Shown piece after piece: positions 27,417-32,000 of a stretch of 32,000 nucleotides of DNA. The position numbers and the translations under genes are program-made. The DNA is from Gemmata obscuriglobus. Its GTDB lineage: Bacteria > Planctomycetota > Planctomycetia > Gemmatales > Gemmataceae. The DNA is taken from NCBI RefSeq assembly GCF_008065095.1, contig NZ_CP042911.1, positions 7,890,001-7,922,000 of the forward strand. The letters are read 5' to 3'. How positions within the stretch are numbered: position 1 is the stretch's first letter; each line of letters starts with the position of its first letter. Under the pieces are notes generated by a model that saw only the letters and a program-made list of their open reading frames with translations, searched no databases and was not told where the DNA came from.

Positions 27417-27496
27417 GCTTTTCTTGACGAGCCGCGATCGCCAGGGAGCGGGATACGTGGTCCCGTTCCCTGGCGGTCGCGGCTCGTCAAGAAAGC
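27417..27496. repeat. 80-nt near-perfect hairpin (about 37 bp of pairing, 7-nt loop) between two IS elements
   Basis: GCTTTTCTTGACGAGCCGCGATCGCCAGGGAGCGGGA pairs with TCCCGTTCCCTGGCGGTCGCGGCTCGTCAAGAAAGC around the loop TACGTGG. The two imperfections are G-U compatible on the + strand. Confidence 0.85.
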
Positions 27497-27553
27497 GGCC
27501 GTATCACCGGGTACGTGTATCAGGACCGGATTCGGCAGCAGCTTGTTTTTGCT

Positions 27554-29032
27554 CTGTAGTTTCCGCGAATCGGCCGCGCTCACGCGGCCAGATCCAAGCA
27601 CCGGTGGGCGAGGTCGCGGATTTTCGCGTGGTCGTGGTGCTCGCCCACAACGGCCTGAATCTCCTGGGCCAACAGCTCGTGTTGCCAGGCCCGGCGCTTG
27701 TCCGCGTGGCTCGGGCGCCGGTTCGGGTCGTCCCACGGGGATGCGGATCGGTGCCCCACCAGGGCCTCGGCGTTCTGGTTCCAGGCCCACACCTCGGTCA
27801 GGGTGTGGGCCCACGCGCACAGGTGGAAGCACCCCACGTTCGACGGCACCCCGCGCACCTGCTGCTGACCCGCCCCGGCGACTTGTTTGAGATCCCGAAA
27901 ACAGGTCTCCAGGGTGAACCGGTCGGCCACCCGCTCCAGGATGTCGGCCACGGTCGCGGTGGTGTCGGTGCCGAAGAACGCGACCCATCCGTGGGGCTCG
28001 TCCACCAACACCACCCGGATCGCCCCACCGGCCGGGCGCCACGTGGCCACGAACGTCTTGTACCGCTTCTCGACCGACTTCCCGTACACGGTGAACATGC
28101 CGGTGCTCCACCCGCCGGGGTGGGCGGCCCGCTTGGCCAGCGACACCCGCTCGGTCCCGTACACCCGCGGCCGCCCGGGCCGCCCGGGCACTCGCGCCGG
28201 TGGCACCGAGCACAGGGCCGCATCCCGGCGCAGTCGGCTCACCACCGTCACCCCGAGCTTCCGCAGCGGCTTGAGCACCGGCCCCTGGGCGTACGCCCCG
28301 TCGGCCACCACCCACACCGCCTTCCCCCACAACGCCAGCCACCCGTGCGCCCACCGCACCAAGCCCACGGCCATGGTCAGCTTGGTTGCGAACGGGGGCC
28401 GGTCCGCCGCCCGAACCGCCCCCAGGTTCGCCTTCCGGATGTACCGCCGGGCCAACAGGGGTAACGCCACGACCCCGCCCAGCGGGTGCGCCACCAGCAA
28501 CCCGAGGACCACCCACACGTGCCCGTACACGAACCCGCTCCCGGCCGGCCCGGGGGTCGGGTTGTGGTGCACCCCGGCCCCTTGCACCTGGGAACCGTAC
28601 CGCGCCGTCGGGGTGTCATCCAACGCGAGCACGACCCGCGGCCCGGTCACCAACGGCCGGAGCACCTCGACCAACAACCGGGTGGCGATGGCCTCGGCCC
28701 GGCGCCCGACGGCGGCCGCGGTGGGGTAGCAGCGGCGGTACTGGGACGACAACCCGGCGGCTCGGATCCAGCAACTCCGGGCCTGTCGCCCGCGGGCCAA
28801 CAGCACCCCCAGGAACAACAGCGCCAACCGCCGGCCCGAGCGCCGATCCAAGGCACCGGCCAGAATCGAAAACCACTGGCACCGCGGGGCCGGAGTGTGC
28901 GAAGATGGCATCGCCGCGTCCGTTCGGGTTGGGAGGTCGTGTGGTAACGCCATCCTCCCGGACGGGCCGGCATTCGTCTACTCCGAACGTACCACCATCA
29001 CCGCCCGGCCTACAAATTCGCGGAAAGTACAG
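27554..29032 (-). mobile_element. IS701-family element F (1479 bp) with a 7-bp duplication
   Basis: The ends are CTGTAGTTTCCGCGAAT (27554-27570) and ATTCGCGGAAAGTACAG (29016-29032), matching 16 of 17. The direct repeat TTTTGCT occurs at 27547-27553 and 29033-29039. Confidence 0.8.
27580..28953 (-). CDS. IS701-family DDE transposase (intact, 457 aa)
   Basis: The sequence has VLALDDTPTARYG..., WVVADGAYA..., and FTLETCFRDLKQVAGAGQQQVR, typical IS701/DDE_5-type blocks. Confidence 0.85.
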   Translation of the reverse strand: MALPHDLPTRTDAAMPSSHTPAPRCQWFSILAGALDRRSGRRLALLFLGVLLARGRQARSCWIRAAGLSSQYRRCYPTAAAVGRRAEAIATRLLVEVLRPLVTGPRVVLALDDTPTARYGSQVQGAGVHHNPTPGPAGSGFVYGHVWVVLGLLVAHPLGGVVALPLLARRYIRKANLGAVRAADRPPFATKLTMAVGLVRWAHGWLALWGKAVWVVADGAYAQGPVLKPLRKLGVTVVSRLRRDAALCSVPPARVPGRPGRPRVYGTERVSLAKRAAHPGGWSTGMFTVYGKSVEKRYKTFVATWRPAGGAIRVVLVDEPHGWVAFFGTDTTATVADILERVADRFTLETCFRDLKQVAGAGQQQVRGVPSNVGCFHLCAWAHTLTEVWAWNQNAEALVGHRSASPWDDPNRRPSHADKRRAWQHELLAQEIQAVVGEHHDHAKIRDLAHRCLDLAA

Positions 29033-29060
29033 TTTTGCTGCGATTCGTTGAGATTTGCAG

Positions 29061-29147
29061 CGGAAGGGCAGGGATTCGAACCCTGGAACGCCTTTCGGCG
29101 TTGCCGGTTTTCAAGACCGGTGCAATCGACCACTCTGCCACCCTTCC
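29061..29147 (-). tRNA. tRNA-Ser (anticodon UGA), class II with long variable arm
   Basis: The reverse complement reads GGAAGGG TG GCAGAGTGGTCGATTGC A CCGGT CTTGAAA ACCGG CAACGCCGAAAGGCGTT CCAGGGTTCGAATCCCTG CCCTTCC G. The acceptor stem is GGAAGGG/CCCTTCC and the T-loop is TTCGAAT. Confidence 0.9.
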
Positions 29148-29917
29148 AAATCCTTACGCTCCTATCACTTCGGTCACGCTCTTCGTGTTGACACATCCGT
29201 CCTTTAAAAACGCTTTAACTGCCACCATCCTCTTTTCAGGTAGGCCGGGGGCGTGGTGACGCGCTGCGAACAGCGCCCCGCGCCTTTGCCACGCGTAGGT
29301 GACGCATGAAACAGTCTAGCAGTTCGCGCGCGCCGCGAAAAGCAGTCGCCCGACCGAAGAAGCCGTACGCCACGTTTTCGCTCAGGCCGCCAGAAGGTAG
29401 CGGCTCTTCTGCCGGAACTGACTGTAAAGCCTGATGAAGTACCGTCAAGCGCCGAGGTAGCCCTCTGAGCGCCTTATCCACCGTCCGGCTGGTAGCGTCT
29501 GTACCACAAAACCAAACCCAACCGGATCGCGAATCATACAACCTGATTGTCGCGATAACAAAAAGATAACACTATTGTCGCAGGTTCCACCCGAACCACT
29601 CGACGCGGGCCATGCGGCTCGCGTCCCTACCCACGGGCCGGTGTCGAGCGCTGGAAGAGCGATGATACGAAGCGAGTCAGCCGGTGTACACGGTGGCCAG
29701 ACGGCCAGACGTGGGCACCAACCGGAAGCCGGCCAGCGCCCGAGCCCGAAATCGATCACCAAGGCCAGAACGATTGGCAACCCCGCCACGGGACTAACCA
29801 GGTCGGCCGGCTCGACCACCAGTTTGAGGCCCGGGCTGCGATGAGCACCGCGCCGACCGCAGACGCAACGAACGCGGGCGTGGCAAGCGGTTGTACGCAG
29901 CGCGCGGGTCAACCGGC

Positions 29918-30328
29918 TCACTCCGCCACCTCGGCAAGCACCGAAAGTTCAACGACCTTGTCTTGTGCCGAACTTGTATACAGCACAATTTTCCCCACGA
30001 AGTGGCCGCGGCGTTTAAAGGTACAGGCCGCCTCCAGAGTACACGTCTGACCCGGGGGCAGTGTCAGGGGGAACTCGCCCGCCAGTTCGGCACACCCTTC
30101 CACTTTGCAACACCCCTGTCCCCCAAGAAGTACAAGGTCCGAAGTGCCGTCGTTGGTGACACCGAACCGGGCCACGGCTTCAGCCCCGGCCGACACGCGC
30201 CCCAAGTCTATCGACCGATTAACCGTCACCTGATCGCGAACGGACGGCGGTTGGCTGTACCGCGCGTGCGAGTCGCACCCGGCGAGCGCGCCGGCGCCAC
30301 ACAAAACCAAAGCTCTCACCATACGCAT
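29918..30328 (-). CDS. DUF1573-domain lipoprotein
   Basis: MRMVRALVLCGAGALAGC carries lipobox LAGC. IDLGRVSAGAEAVARFGVTNDGTSDLVLLGGQGCCKV...LPPGQTCTLEA...GHFVGKIVLYT fits the DUF1573 pattern. Confidence 0.8.
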   Translation of the reverse strand: MRMVRALVLCGAGALAGCDSHARYSQPPSVRDQVTVNRSIDLGRVSAGAEAVARFGVTNDGTSDLVLLGGQGCCKVEGCAELAGEFPLTLPPGQTCTLEAACTFKRRGHFVGKIVLYTSSAQDKVVELSVLAEVAE

Positions 30329-30361
30329 GTCATCGACCTCCGCCCTGGCGGCCGCATCGGG

Positions 30362-31378
30362 CTACGCGGTTCGCCGCTTCCGGTAAACGGCGGTAGCAGC
30401 GAGGCACAGCCCCACGACGCTAAAGGCGGCCAGCCCGATCCAGCCCCAGCGCCAACTGGGAGGTGGGGTGGGAGGTGTTTGGCCGCCGGCTTGGTCATCG
30501 CGCGGGGCGCCGATCTCGGGCAACCCGTAGGCGGGCAGGGTGTACGATTCGTCAGGGGTCGGGTCTTGCGAGATCGATTCAATCGTAAACGTTTTAATTA
30601 ACTCGCGGGACGGCAGCTTGCTGGTCACCGTCACCCGCTCCCAGGCGAGCGGGGAGGGCTCGGACGCCGCGTACTGGATCTTCGCCTCGTCACTCGCTTT
30701 GGGACGGCTGATGACCCGCCGGAGCATGGCCCACCCCCGCCCCGGGTCGTACACCGCTTCGCCCTGGAGGGCGGTGCGGTTGGGGTCCGCCGGCAAGGTG
30801 AAATCGAACGTCGCCCGCACGAGTTCGCGATCGTCCTCGCGGACGGTGTCCGCGTGGAGCAGTTTGACGAAGGGCTGATCGAACCACTCGTCCATGCGAA
30901 CGCCGGCGTAGAACCGGTGCGGCGCGATCAGCCAGCCGTGCTCCAGTTCGACCCCGTCCCGCATACGGACGGCCTCGGCCTCGCTGACCGCCAAGTTGCT
31001 GAGCGACCAGTTCTTGGTCGTCAACTGGGGCTTCGTGGCGATAAAGGAGTACGTAGGGTTGAAGACGATCGCGGAGTGGGCCGCGCTTTGCTTGTCCGGC
31101 AGCTCCTTCCGGTGAGCCTCGAAGGCGAGCCGGTCCGGCCGCCGGCGCACCGCGACCTCAATGTTGTGGTAGCGCCCGGGCACCTTCGCCTCGCCCGGCT
31201 TCTGCACCTCGTCGGTAACCCGACCGGTCCACGAGCGGCTGGTCGCCGACTCTTCGAGCGCACGCCACGCCGGCCGGCCCTCGACCTTGAGTCGGGTCAA
31301 CGTCGCATCGTCGGCCCCAATCCAACCGGGCGACGTGAGCACGAGAGCCGTCGCCGTACATCGAACCACGAGCCACAT
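30362..31378 (-). CDS. hypothetical protein with N-terminal signal and C-terminal TM anchor
   Basis: The start is taken at MWLVVRCTATALVLTSPGWIGA. The C-terminus is WRWGWIGLAAFSVVGLCLAATAVYRKRRTA. It lies 33 nt upstream of the DUF1573 gene on the same strand, so a likely operon. Confidence 0.75.
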   Translation of the reverse strand: MWLVVRCTATALVLTSPGWIGADDATLTRLKVEGRPAWRALEESATSRSWTGRVTDEVQKPGEAKVPGRYHNIEVAVRRRPDRLAFEAHRKELPDKQSAAHSAIVFNPTYSFIATKPQLTTKNWSLSNLAVSEAEAVRMRDGVELEHGWLIAPHRFYAGVRMDEWFDQPFVKLLHADTVREDDRELVRATFDFTLPADPNRTALQGEAVYDPGRGWAMLRRVISRPKASDEAKIQYAASEPSPLAWERVTVTSKLPSRELIKTFTIESISQDPTPDESYTLPAYGLPEIGAPRDDQAGGQTPPTPPPSWRWGWIGLAAFSVVGLCLAATAVYRKRRTA

Positions 31379-32000
31379 GGCCCCCTCCGTCTCGCGCGTG
31401 CGGGTCGGAAATCGCATACAGCCCACCAACCACGTGCGACGCCCGCCGCGCCTGGCGGGACCCGACAGGTCAGAACACGTAAAGCGGACAGTAGCAGAGG
31501 CCGCGCACCATCACACAGCCGACGCACGCCACTGGTGCGCAAGTCCCGGCGTAATCGGTCGAGCGGTTACCAATGCACTCGGCCAGTCGCCCACCACCAC
31601 GAAACAGGGGCGCATGATACTTTGCTGCCGATCAGCCGAATTGGCGTGCCGGCCATGTGCCGGATGGTGACGAACCGCCGGACCGGCTCTCCCTCTCGCA
31701 TGTCGCTCGGGTCGTCCGCAACAGCACCAAGGCTGCGTGCGTGAGTAGCGATTTCCGACTGGATACTGCGGTGGTCATCTGTCACCCGATAGACCGAGCA
31801 AGGGCGCGTACCGGTGACGTGTCTGGCAAATCGGCCTGGCGATCGATCAGCCAGAACGCAATTAAAAATCTGACAATATTTGCACACCGCGGATGCTAAC
31901 GTCACAACAGCGAGCGATCAAGTGAATTCGGCGATATTATTTCCCTGCCCTGGCGCCGGCATTTGCTGCAGAGGATGTGAGGCGCCGGACTGTCACAAAA

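Noticed and set aside
26473-28464. 663-aa ORF
   Set aside because: It is a chimera. Its first part is the second frame of the IS4 transposase. It then reads through the IS end, the hairpin region and the antisense strand of the IS701 transposase, only because no stop codon happens to occur.
29061-29147. Could the long-variable-arm tRNA be tRNA-Sec, supporting the selenoprotein candidate?
   Set aside because: The anticodon loop is CTTGAAA, so the anticodon is UGA (Ser, reads UCA), not UCA. The acceptor stem is a standard 7 bp. It is an ordinary class II tRNA-Ser and says nothing about Sec decoding.
29236-29921. ORFs 29236-29541 (TTG start) and 29445-29921 (GTG start overlapping the DUF1573 stop)
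   Set aside because: They have Arg/Trp/Cys-rich or low-GC3 composition, non-ATG starts and no motifs. I cannot exclude a small gene here, but I cannot support one.
30362-30480. LPEIG followed by a C-terminal TM helix and RKRR tail, as a possible sortase- or exosortase-type sorting signal
   Set aside because: The motif lies about 27 residues before the hydrophobic segment, and it fits neither the LPxTG spacing nor the PEP-CTERM signature. A simple tail anchor is the more economical reading.
31567-31905. 112-aa minus-strand ORF (GTG start) and the overlapping + strand ORF at 31657-31899
   Set aside because: The two mutually exclusive ORFs are of similar quality. Neither has a recognisable domain and both have non-ATG starts near the window edge, so this is left unresolved.

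Overview
This is a high-GC chromosomal segment. The gene families present (DUF1559-type prepilin N-terminus, PSCyt1 cytochrome-c plus WD40, DUF1573 lipoprotein, many signal-peptide proteins) point to a Planctomycetes, Gemmataceae-like genome; that assignment is inference only. Recognisable genes are otsA, clpX, an SDR/FabG-like reductase, a metallophosphoesterase, an alpha/beta hydrolase and a large GH42-like secreted protein. Both tRNA genes are flanked by mobile DNA. tRNA-Lys(UUU) sits next to an integrase remnant and an ISAs1 element. tRNA-Ser(UGA) ends a roughly 7 kb insertion-sequence pile-up (22055-29032) that includes a three-level nested IS (IS630 containing IS630 containing an ISH3-like IS), with boundaries and target-site duplications readable in the sequence. 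No defence-system-like gene cluster or other multi-gene system was found. Main hunt results: (1) An ArsC/Spx-family gene has an in-frame TGA at the first Cys of its CxxC motif, with an in-frame SD-preceded ATG upstream and a SECIS-like hairpin downstream, making it a candidate selenoprotein that ORF calling truncates. (2) A monocistronic secreted protein has about 260 consecutive uncharged residues made almost only of Gly, Ile and Gln (silk-like GGX repeats). (3) Several very long, near-perfect palindromes have unrelated stems, and two of them (weakly a third) share a loop motif AGGYTGWTTC; the ISAs1 element is inserted in an arm of one. (4) All four readable frameshifts in mobile-element genes look like +1 insertions in short homopolymer runs, so sequencing error must be excluded. 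All functions are inferred by eye from translated motifs; no searches were run.
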